Under the pieces are notes generated by a model, which did not search any database, was not told where the DNA came from, and was given only the letters and a program-made list of their open reading frames with translations. A stretch of 64,000 nt of DNA, taken from contig NIVC01001433.1 in NCBI GenBank assembly GCA_002269645.1, positions 186,001 to 250,000 on the forward strand, read 5' to 3'. The position numbers were made by a program, and so were the translations under genes. The stretch is from Macrostomum lignano. Its lineage: Eukaryota. Positions 12,801 through 24,800 of this stretch are shown here, one piece after another. How positions within the stretch are numbered: the stretch's first letter is position 1; every line of letters starts with the position of its first letter.

Positions 12801-15800
12801 GGATCTTGACGCGTTCACCGCGGCTAAGCTACATCCCCAGAATCCCGAATTAACCAAACGAACTCACCATCCTGAGCAGCGGATCGCCGGTTCTTAAACC
12901 CGGCCCTTTCCTGCCGTTTCAACAGGATTTTATAAGCCATAGCAACTAACGCGAAGGTGTGCAGTTTCGGCCCGGGCTTGTACCGTCTAATTGCGGTTTC
13001 TGTAGCGACCACATCGGCACGAGTAGACACAGCCGCCGAGAAAGCGTACAAAGTTGACACCTGACAACGACTGACAGTCAGATCTGCAAGCAGCTGGTCC
13101 AACTCCAACTGGCAAGTGTCTCTATTAGCATCGTCAGGATACCGGCTCAGCCGCCGCTGTAACAACCGAATCTGCTGTAGCCGGTCGTCGTGATCCTCGG
13201 CGGCAGCTAAACTAGCCAGCGCCACCTGATTGACACCTGTGGAATCTGCAGCTGTTGCTGTCACCTGCTGGAGAAACGGTTCAACTCCGCCGCTACAATC
13301 TGACTCATCGGCGCTGTTATCGCTGCAGCTATTATAAAATAACGATTGTAGCACGCGAAATTCGTCAGGTTGGCCAATGCCGGTTGTTAAACTCGATCGA
13401 TTAGGGACCTTTCCTTAGTGACATGCTTTGACGACAGACTGAAATTTAATAATTGTTCGAACAGGTTTATTATCGTTCATCTCTTAAAGGCATTTCATAG
13501 AATAATTTTTAATTGGATGTAATATTAGTATCTGCGGGAGCTCTTTCTCTCTCTCTCTCTCTGAGGAAAGGAGAGTGAGGGAGAAAGAGGGTGAGCGAGG
13601 TGGGGAAAGAGGGTGAGGGAGGAGTGAGGGGGAAAGAGGGTGAGAAGAGAGAGTGAGGGGGGAAAGAGGGTGAGTTGGGGGGCGGAGAGGAGAGGAGAGG
13701 CGGGAGAGATGGTGATAGTGAGGGGGGAGAAAAAGGCTGAGTTGGGAGAGGGAGGCGGAGAAAGAGGGTGAGAGAGGAGAGTGAGGGGGGAGAAAGAGGG
13801 TGAGAAGAGAGAGTGAGGGGGGAAAGAGGGTGATAGAGGAGAGTGAGGGGGGGGGGGAGAAAGAGGCTGAGTTGGGAGAGGGAGGCGGGAGAAAGAGGGT
13901 GAGAGGGGAGAGTGAGGCGGGAGAAAGAGGGTGAGACGAGAGTGGGAGAGTTTATCAATTAATTTAGCTTAGTAATTTATTAGCAAATTAATTTAGCTAA
14001 TAAATTTTTAGCTTATCAATTAATAGAAACAAGTTTTTTGTTTCATTGCCGATATGTTGTGTAAACAACTTTATACACTGCAGGTCTAGAGTTTTAAAAA
14101 AATGATAACACATGGAATGAGTAGACTTTACCCAATGAAATTCGACTTTGACAAATCCACGCCCAGATTAGACAGAGTCTTGTCAAACAGTCTCTTTGAT
14201 GTTGCCGCCGATTTAAATACGCCGCGAATGCCGCCTTCAACTACGGCGGTAAGCGACGACGCCTGCTGAGCATCTTCTGGATCGTCAACAGCTGCAAAAC
14301 TGGTTGCTTCCTCGTCTTCCTCGCCAGCAGTGCCAGCGGTCAAGCATTCGACATCTTCGAGTAGGTCGCAGGCAGCTTCCAGCATGTCGGGTGAGCAGTA
14401 GACGGTGCAGAACCGAGCCATGCGAAGGCGATCAGCCGCTGAGCCGGAGCGACTATCCGGCCAGCGGGTGAGCAGGGCGTAGCAGATGCGCCAGGCATCC
14501 GGACAGGTGGAGCTCAACCGGCCCTGTCCATCGGGGTCTGCTGTCCTGTCAATCAAACGAAGGCAGAGACGAGAAGCGAATTTGAAGTCGCCAGCCGTCA
14601 GGGCGGCCTCTCCGGCTGAGAGTTGAACTGAGGCGGAAGCAGACGCTGGCAGGGCGAGCAGATCGCAAACTCGCAACAGGCTGAGGGATTATAAATAGGA
14701 ATTAGTCTGTGTTGATCCCTGAGCACCCAACCTTAGGTAACTTGTTGGTGCGAGTGCCATACTCTGGTGGTCGCCACTACCATTGACTGATTGTTCTAGA
14801 TTAAGGCTGATTTAGTCTATTACAAGAAATCCCAAGCTGAGGATTCCTCATAGGAAATATCAAATGGAGATTCCCCACAGGAAACCCCATCAGAGATTCC
14901 CCAAAGAAAATCTCAAATAAATATTCCGCAAAGGAAATCCCAACTAAAGATTACCCATGAGAAATCATCACTAGAGATTTCCCATAGGAAATCCCAAGTA
15001 GAGATTCCCAAAGGAAATCTCAACTAGAGATTCCCAAAGGAAATCCCAACTAAAGATTCCCCACAGGAAATCCCAACTAGAGATTCCCCATAGGACATCC
15101 CAACTAGAGATTCCCCATAGGAAATCCCAACTAGAGATTCCCCACAGGAAATTCCAACAAGAGATTCCCCATAGGAAATTTCAACTAGAGATTCCCCAAA
15201 GGAAATTCCAACTAGAGATTTTCCAAGGGAAATCCCAACAAACTCCAATCGAAAGCCACTCACTCGTCCAGCCGCTTGTACAAGTCACCCTGCCGTTTAA
15301 TGGCTTTACAGATCAACCCTGCTGGGTCGGCGTGCCCTCTCAAACCGACTGGCAGCACTGGAACGGCAAGATCTTCAAGAGCGACCAGAGCTTCAATTAG
15401 GGCTAATTCTTTACGCACAGCGGACTCAGTAGCCGGCAAATAGGCTAGACAACGCTTAGCCAAAGCAATAGTAGGATCTGTAGCGCTAGCAGCCGAATTG
15501 AAATAATCAATAGCAGCCGATGTGATCAACTGTACAGAGTCCATATAGGGCACGTGCGGCCTACGCGACGGCACCCTGCCGGGCTCTAATTCTAAATGCG
15601 CAATCGCGGATTTGATCAATCCAATTTGACCAGCCGACAGCATGCACTGCAGTAGGAGACGTATCGGTCGGCCAGCGGTGACCAGAGCGGCCAGAGCTCC
15701 AGTAGCTAGCGTATCTAAATCCCGCAACAGACTGGTAACCTTCTGCAGGTCAACTAGCGAACCCGACGAACTATTCGAATCTAATTTTCCAGCCGAAACA

Positions 15801-18800
15801 GACTCCGAGCACCACACTTGAACTTCTTGTCTAGCCACCTGCTGTAACAATAGGTCGGCTTTGGCAGCGTCGAGCGAAGCTAAAGCTGCCGGGCTCCTAG
15901 CGGCGGACACGGTGCCGACGCCGCGTCGGGAAGCCACCAGACGACAGGCGTCGACGCGTTGACGAAGTACTTTAGCCTTCTCAACAACGGCAGGAGCTAC
16001 TGATGAGGTGAGCTGAGCAACTAGATCTGCCAGTCTCCCAGCAGCGACTAGGTCGACCGAATCGGCATCGACATAGGCCGCTTCTAGCGCCACATCGGCT
16101 AAGAGAGCTTGATCGGCTAAGAACCCAGCCGCTGATGAATTGCCATACGAACTAGCTGGTGGCCGTTCAACATAGGCTGCTACTAAGCCTAGTTGGCCTT
16201 CATTAGCCAGGCCTAGTAGGAGCCTGCGCAACAGATCTCTGCCGAGGCCTTTCTGCCTGGCCTCCAGCCTAGCCAGATGCGGCGCCAATCGGTTAGTAAC
16301 ATCCGATAGGAAATCTTCTTTAGATTCTCGGCGGCTAATCAATAATTGGCAGCGTTCCAATTCGGTCAGGTCGCGCAGGTTGGCTAGGCGAAGATAGTCG
16401 GTGCCGCCGCTGCTGCCGCCTCCGACACTGCCGCCGCCGCCGTAGACAAAGTTGGCCAGCAAGCGGACCTCTTCTAGCAGATCGTCTAAGCCAGTGAAAC
16501 CGCGTTCGACGCCCAATTCTAATAGGCAGAGTGCGTTGTCAACCTGAGAGGGTAGATTCAAATTGCAGTTTACTGAATACTAATTAGCACTAGCTGATTG
16601 GTCATACAGTGTAGTAAATTATCATAAACCATACTGGTAATGATAAAGTATCATAGATAAAGAATATCGTACATTTCAAATATTGTTCATAGAGACAAGA
16701 CACTGAAGCGGACCTCTTTAATGTCTTGTTATTTTATCTCTTCGCTTTGAAACGTTTTCCATAGTAATTGTATTTATTCATTGTTTTCCGTATGCTACTA
16801 TTTCACTAGTGTAGTGTATCAATTTTCAAACCTTTAATTAGCTCGTATATTTGCCTGATGTGCTAGCGCTAGGCCACTTACACACTTGCATATGCCTTTG
16901 TTCTTTGTCATTAAACTATGTTTTGTCAACATTGGGCCGTATGCAGAAAGCCTAGTCCAGACTAGCTAGTCCGGACTTGGGTAATTCAGTCTATGGTATT
17001 ATGGTCCAGCTACCCTAGTTCTGTCTATAGTAGACTGGTCTAACTTTGCGCTTCTGCATACCAAATTTAAGTCCAGAATAGCTTTTCAAGACCGGACTAC
17101 CCTAGACAGAGCTTTCTGCATACGGCCCTATAGAGCAACTCATTCGCTGCATTAATACTTCTTCAGTTTTAGTGTTGTGTTTCCACTATTTATTTTGCTT
17201 ATATTAAAGGCTTTTTAATAAACGATGTGTTACAGGTTATCTTGTTTATACCGAACAATAAAGTAACTGTATTCTATCCCGGGAATCCTTCCAGCAATGG
17301 CATCGTACAGTCAAGCTAAGCGACAGAGGCGTAGTGCTTCGTTGAGGGCTACGCTCGAGGACGTCCAAACCACACTTGAGACCAGTGCAATGGGTGATAC
17401 AAACGCGAGGTGATGAAGTGACTGAGTCGGACGGACGACGAATCCTCGGACAACCGCAGCTACTACTCCTGCGATGACGTGGAGGATGTGGAAGCTGCTG
17501 ACGAGATTGTGGATGTGCCATCATTTGATTTTGCCTATGAATTGGCCTTGTTTGTTCTGATGTTCAATCTGTCTCGTGCTGCAGTGGAGTGCTTGCTTCG
17601 ACTTCTTATTCAAATGGGTGCCAATGTCCCCCCGTCTTTTTACCTATTGACGAACGGGAATAGGAAGAGTGTGGCCCCTGCATTGTCGCTTACCTGCGGT
17701 GGTACTTTTTCTTACATGTCCTTTCGAGAGAACATCAATGTGAGCCGTCCCCGTGCGCTGCGCGCTCTTGTCAGCCCCGCTGTCCAATGTAGGTCGTACT
17801 CTCTCTCCCGCCAGCCAACTTAACCCTTCGGCCCTTGCAATATTCAAACCCCCACCCCATTCAGTTCTTCTCTCCTCTGCAGCCAATCGGCTTGAGCTTT
17901 GGCCCTTCTAGCATTATGTACATCGTATTGCATATCGATCAACCACAATATATAATAGCACGCAAGGCTAAGTGGAAGCCTAAGCTTTTTTCCATTCGCA
18001 ATTAATTGAGCCTTTACAATCAAGTTTTGGTTAGATAAATCGTTGCTTTGCCTTGACTCACTCACTGCGTGTTGAATCATCTGCCATTGGCATTGACGAG
18101 CTTATCAATATCGACGGATTGCATCTTTACAAGAGCAGCTCTGCGTCTCTTTGGCCCATTCTAATCTAGTTTGAAGGCTCTCATATAATTCTTCCTGTTG
18201 CTTTGCTCTATGGGGTTTTTTAAGCTAAGCGTCGATGAGTATCTGCACGATTTTGTCAACGAAGTCCGTCTGTTGAGGCAGACAGGGTTTGAGTATAACG
18301 GTAAGCTTTTTAAGCTCAGTTATCTAACGTTCATTTGCGATGCTCCTATGCGTGCTTTTATACAATGTATCGCTGGTCATACCTCTACTAACGGGTGTGG
18401 CTATTGCCGAGTCACTGCCAAGAAAGAAAACGACCGGATGGCTTTCCCTGTGTCCGTTGCTGCCCCTAGTGAGAATTAGCTGTATGCTGAAAAAGAAAAA
18501 AATAACCACCAGCAAAGATTGTCTCTGCTTTGTAGCACTGCATCCTTGTTGACTGAGTTCCCATTGGACTATCGTCTACGTCTAGTGTTTGTCTTGGAAT
18601 TTTCAGGCGTCTGTTCAAGTTTTATTTTCAAAAGGTCAAGTCGTTTCGTCTTTTTTGTCGTCTTACCAGTGCTCAGTTAACCGCATTATCTGACAGCATC
18701 GCGTCTTGCAGAAAGTATTTTCCCTGTGAGTTCCAGCGCGCCACGAGGCAATTGGACAAAGGGCTGAGCAACTATAAGGCAAATGGATTTCGTTCTCTTA

Positions 18801-21800
18801 TTCGTTACTGTGGCCCCTTTCTTTTCAAGTTCTACTAGCCCGCCCTGTACTTTCAGCATTTTCTCCTTCTACACTTTGCAATTTTTGTCTTTGCTTCCCA
18901 TCAACTTAATCAGTTGCACGAGCAGGCAGCCAGTGCTATTAAGCTGTTTGTTTTTCAGGCACGTGAGCTGTTTGGTTCTACGAGTAGTTCAATTTCCTAC
19001 AATTTTCATATTCTTTGGCATCTTTTGACTTTGTCAAGCGTTATGGACCCTTGGGCAGTTTTTTACTTTCTGTTTTGAAAACTACCTGGGAAGACTGAAG
19101 TGATGAATCAGGTAAGTTCTAGTGGTCGTCAGTCATGTCAGTAGGCAAGCTGTGGCACTCAGAGAGTTGGATTCAGATAAGCGTGATCAGAGTGAATATT
19201 TATACAAGACCTCTGGACCAGACAACGGCGCTATTGTAAATGTCCTATACGTTTCTACTAACTTCATTAATGGAGATAAAATCGTCAGTGGATTCTCTTG
19301 TATTTCAGCGGAATTCTTAATATTAGTATGTACGCACTGTCGCGGTCCAGAATTACGGGTGTACGACAGGGAAATGCTATCGCTTTTCCGAAGGATGTGG
19401 AGCACGCTATTTTTCCACTGTGACTGTTGCGTCTCTGTCGGGCTTGATTTTTCCTGTTTTCTTTTCTGGTAGTTTTTTTCGGTATTGTTCTGCGAATCAT
19501 CAAGTTGTTTATATTGCCTTGCGTTGGAAGTTGCATTGTTAGTGATATTAAATATACTCCGCGTCGTACCGTATGGTTGCTTGGTTGATTATGGATCAAA
19601 GAGATTGATCATAGAGACACTTCCATTATTTTTTATTATAGAGACACTCCTATTGTTGATCATAGAAACACTCCTATTATTGATCATAGAGACACTCCTA
19701 TTATTGATCATAGAGACACTCCTATTATTGATCATAGAGACACTCTTATTATTGATCATAGAGACACTCCTATTGTTGATCATAGAAACACTCCTATTAT
19801 TGATCATAGAGACACTCTTATTATTGATCATAGAGACACTCCTATTATTGATCATAGAGACACTCTTATTATTGATCATAGAGACACTCCTATTATTGAT
19901 CATAGAGACACTCTTATTATTGATCATAGAGACACTCCTATTATTGATCATAGAGACACTCTTATTGTTGATCATAGAGACACTCCTATTGTTGATCATA
20001 AAGACACCCCTATTGTTGATCATAGAGACACTCCTAATATTGATCATATAGACTCCTATAATTGATCAATGACACACCTATTATCGATTATAAGTACTTC
20101 TATTACTGATCATATAATAGTTTTAAAATGAGTACTATTCATAGCACACATACCTGCAGCGACTCAGCCTCGATAAACCTAGCTCTGTCGGCAAGCCAAG
20201 CGGCAACCTGAGCAGAAGTCAGCGGATTGGCAGCGGCCGCCGATTCCGGAGCCTCAGCGTAGAGCGACGCCATCTCGGCAGCGGCTTCATCAGTGGGCGG
20301 AGACGCCGGCACGGCAAGCACGGCCTGATCGCGCCAAGCCCAGTCGGCCAGAGCCGATGACGTCACTCTTCGAGGCCAATCCAACAGATCGGAATCATGC
20401 AGTCGACGCCCGGCGCTAGGCAGTAGAAACTCGTACTGCCTAGGACTGTCGCATTCGGCTGCGTTGCTTAATATTAATAGCCGATGTGGCAGCAACTCGT
20501 CCGTATAGTGACTAATCACGTGATCAACGGCGTCGTAGTTGCCAAGCCGGGCGTAGGATACGGCTAAGCCTAGAGGAGTTTGCCGACGAAAATCGGCGAA
20601 TTCTTCGGCAGTGTACCGTTCGGGAGCTCTGTGTCGACCGCCGAGTACCTGCGAGTGAAAAATCGGGCTGGAAAAATAAGAATTCGTATTAAAGAGAAAA
20701 ACGGCCATTTTCGGGGCCACCATAAGGCCGCACTATTCAGTAATGTATTGCATGTACTTGTAGCAAAGTAGTTATCGTGTCGGACTCAAGACTTGAAGAT
20801 CGGGGGTTCGATTCCCGATCCCAATGGGACAATTGGTGTCCCCCCCCCCAGTCTATGGACGGAACAGCCGAATGCAGCCTTCAGATGCGCCGCGCAATAG
20901 CTACGGCTGAGCTGTCATTAGCACATCAGGCCCAATCAGGGCAGGCGAAATCGATTGTTATTAACATAGCCATTTAAATTATTTCGCAATTGAAACTAAA
21001 ACGGCCCTCTTTGGGGCACAAGTATATGTAACTTCGAGTTATTATATACTATTTGTTCAAACAAAAAATTCTATACCTGTTCATAACAGTCCAATCTATG
21101 CAGGTGGGCCAACAGTTGCCTTCTAGTGCGCATCAGTTCTCGCTGTTCCGGTCGCAATTTTTGCCAATCTAAATTGGCCAAACGATTAGAACGGTATTCC
21201 TGCGGATTGGGAATTGTCAGGTTGGTGTTCAGGTAAGATGGCACAGCGGCAACCAACTGAGGGATCAGGGAGGGTTGGGGTGGAGGAGCAAAGTGAAGGA
21301 TGAGGGAGGGTGTGGAGGGGCACAGCGACAACCAACTGAAGGATCGGGGAGGGTGGGAAGGGGCAAAGTGGCAACCAACTAAAGGATCAGGGAGGGTGGG
21401 AAGGGGCAAAGTGGCAACCAACTAAAGGGTCGGGGAGGGTCGGGATGGAGCGCAAAGTGGCAACCAACTGAAGGATCAGGGAGGGTGGGAAGGGGCAAAG
21501 TGGCAACCAACTGAAGGATCAGGGAGGGTGGGAAGGGGCAAAGTGGCAACCAAGTAAAGGATCGGGGAGGGTCGGGATGGAGCGCAAAGTGGCAACCAAC
21601 TGAAGGATCAGGGAGGGTGGGAAGGGGCAAAGTGGCAACCAACTGAAGGATCAGGGAGGGTGGGAAGGGGCAAAGTGGCAACCAACTAAAGGATCGGGGA
21701 GGGTCGGGATGGAGCGCAAAGTGGCAACCAACTGAAGGATCAGGGAGGGTGGGAAGGGGCAAAGTGGCAACCAACTGAAGGATCAGGGAGGGTGGGAAGG

Positions 21801-24800
21801 GGCAAAGTGGCAACCAACTAAAGGATCGGGGAGGGTCGGGATGGAGCGCAAAGTGGCAACCAACTGAAGGATCAGGGAGGGTGGGAAGGGGCAAAGTGGC
21901 AACCAACTGAAGGATCAGGGAGGGTGGGAAGGGGCAAAGTGGTAACCAACTGAAGGATCGGGGAGGGTGGGAAGGGGCAAAGTGGCAACCAGCTGAAGGA
22001 TCAGGGAGGGTGGGAAGGGGCAAAGTGGCAACCAACTGAAGGATCAGGGAGGGTGGGAAGGGGCAAAGTGGCAACCAACTGAAGGATCAAAGAGGGTGGG
22101 AAGGGGCAAAGTGGCAACCAACTGAAGGATCAGGGAGGTACAAAGCGGCCTAAAAACACCCGAATGACCTAAAAAGGCAGTGAAAAACAGCTCTCCCGAC
22201 AATCCAAATCACCTCTTCATTTCGCTTCAATCTGTCGCGCTCCTCCTGAGCAGTCAGCCTCTCCCCAGTATAGTTCATCTCAGCATAGATATTGGCATCC
22301 GTGAGCACTAGCCGGCCCTGATCCTCGCCCTCGCCAATAGCCGTGAAGCAGTCGACATCAGTAGCCCTTAGGCCGAACTCTAACAGATCCCTAGCCGAGT
22401 CCAAATCTTTCGGCACCCGATGCAGGCACTCGTGCAGCACCCAGTGCCGCTTGTTAATCCGAACTAGAAAATCGTCAATAGCCGACCGAGTCATCAGAGA
22501 CATTTGCCACTGCCGCTGATACACTAAATCGGTATCCAAGCCGTAGTTTCTGGCTAGCAACAGGGCTTCTCCGTATTCGTCCGAGTCCAGTTTCCACTGG
22601 AACAGCTCGGCGGGTGAGGTCCGTTTAAAGCACACGATTCGATAGTCTCTCGACGCCGTGTACCGACTGCGCTTCGACGACGACGGGCTGTCGAAATCGC
22701 CGTTGTCGCCGCCGCCGCCGCCTCCGTCAACGGTGAATAGGCGCTTCAAGCCCACTCCGGTTGCCCATAGCAACCCGTGAGCCGCTCGGTAAGCCGCCCA
22801 GCTAGCCGAACCGACAAGGCCGCCGTCTCTGCCTTCTTCGTCTCGGTCATCGTCGTCGTCGTCGTCATCGTAGTCGGCGGCATCGTCGGCTTGTCGATCG
22901 TCGGCGGAGTCAGTCTGGATTTGTCGATAGGATTGACTAAGTCTAATTATATATTTTACTTAATCTGGCCACTACAATCTTGTTATACTCAAGCTTTGGG
23001 TGTTCTGAATCTGGTCACACAGATTTAGTCACTCCATGACCTGATCACTCCCTGAGTTTATCACTCCCGGACCCTATCACTCTCTGACCTTATCACTCTC
23101 TAACCTGATCACTCTCTAACTTGATCACTCTCTAACCTGATCACTCTCTGACCTGATCACTCTCTGACCTGATCACTCTCTGACCTGATCACTCTCTAAC
23201 CTGATCACTCTCTGACCTGATCACTCGGATCTTATTAGTCTGACCCTATCACTCGCTGACCTTATCACTCTCTGACCTTATCACTTTCTGACCTTATCAC
23301 TCTCTGACCTGATCACTCTCTAACCTGATCACTCTCTGACCTGATCACTCTCTGACCTTATCACTTTCTGACCTGATCACTCTCTGACCTGATCACTCTC
23401 TGACCTGATCACTCTCTGACCTGATCACTCTCTGACCTGATCACTCTCTAACCTGATCACTCTCTGACCTGATCACTCGGATCTTATTAGTCTGACCCTA
23501 TCACTCGCTGACCTTATCACTCTCTGACCTTATCACTTTCTGACCTGATCACTCTCTGACCTGATCACTCTCTGACCTTATCACTTTCTGACCTGATCAC
23601 TCTCTGACCTTATCACTCTCTGACCTGATCACTCTCTGACCTGATCACTCTCTGACCTGATCACTCTCTGACCTGATCACTTTCTGACCTGATCACTCTC
23701 TGACATTATCACTCTCTGACATTATCACTCTCTGACCTGATCACTCTCTGACCTGATCACTCTCTGACCTGATCACTCTCTGGCCTTATCACTCTCTAAC
23801 CTGATCACTCTCTGACCTGATCACTCTCTGACCTTATCACTCTCTGACCTTATCACTCTCTAACCTGATTACTCTCTGACCTGATCACTCTCTGACCTTA
23901 TCACTCTCTAACCTGATCACTCTCTGACCTGATCACTCTCTGACCTGATCACTCTCTGACCTGATCACTCTCTGACCTTATCACTCTCTGACCTGATCAC
24001 TCTCTGACCTTATCACTCTCTGACCTAATCACTTTCTGACCTTATCACTTGCTGACCTGATTACTCTCTGACCTTATCACTCTCTGACCTGATCACTTTC
24101 TGACCTGATCACTCTCTGACCTGATCACTCTCTGACCTGATCACTCTCTGACCTGATCACTCTCTAACCTGATCACTCTCTGACCTGATCACTCGGATCT
24201 TATTAGTCTGACCCTATCACTCGCTGACCTTATCACTCTCTAACCTGATCACTCTCTGACCTGATCACTCTCTGACCTGATCACTCTCTGACCTGATCAC
24301 TCTCTGACCTTATCACTCTCTAACCTGATCACTCTCTGACCTGATCACTCTCTGACCTTATCACTTTCTGACCTGATCACTCTCTGACATTATCACTCTC
24401 TGACCTTATCACTTTCTGACCTGATCACTCTCTGACCTGATCACTCTCTGACCTTATCACTTTCTGACCTGATCACTCTCTGACATTATCACTCTCGGAT
24501 CTTATCACTCTAATCGTTCGCTAATCTTATCAGTTTCTCATTTCGTCACTCTCTCAACTTTTCGTATACAATCAATGTGAATTCTCAAAACGTATAAATA
24601 CCCCCCACCAAAAAGACAGACACCCACCTGTCCACCCGACGTCAATCTTCGTCGCCTCGCTCGCCGCTTTCTGACTTCGCATTCCAATATGAGAAACTGG
24701 CCAGCCTGCGGCGGCGTCACCGCCGGATACGGCTCGAACCATTCAGGCGAAGATCCCATTATTGATTGACAGGTGGCCGCGTCCAACAGGCTGACCGAGC

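Noticed and set aside
10254-13440. Programmed ribosomal frameshifting or a 17-nt micro-intron in NBAS
   Set aside because: There is no canonical slippery heptamer or stimulatory structure, and 17 nt is implausibly short. Single-base homopolymer loss explains both sites.
16800-19560. CACTA...TAGTG termini for the EnSpm fossil
   Set aside because: The pentamers occur, but there is no extended inverted repeat or 3-bp TSD.
20760-20830. Functional tRNA gene
   Set aside because: Acceptor and anticodon stems do not pair properly; treated as a SINE head.
19485-22074. ORFs with LLLIIETL and LPLCPFPPS repeats
   Set aside because: Minisatellite translations inside NBAS introns.
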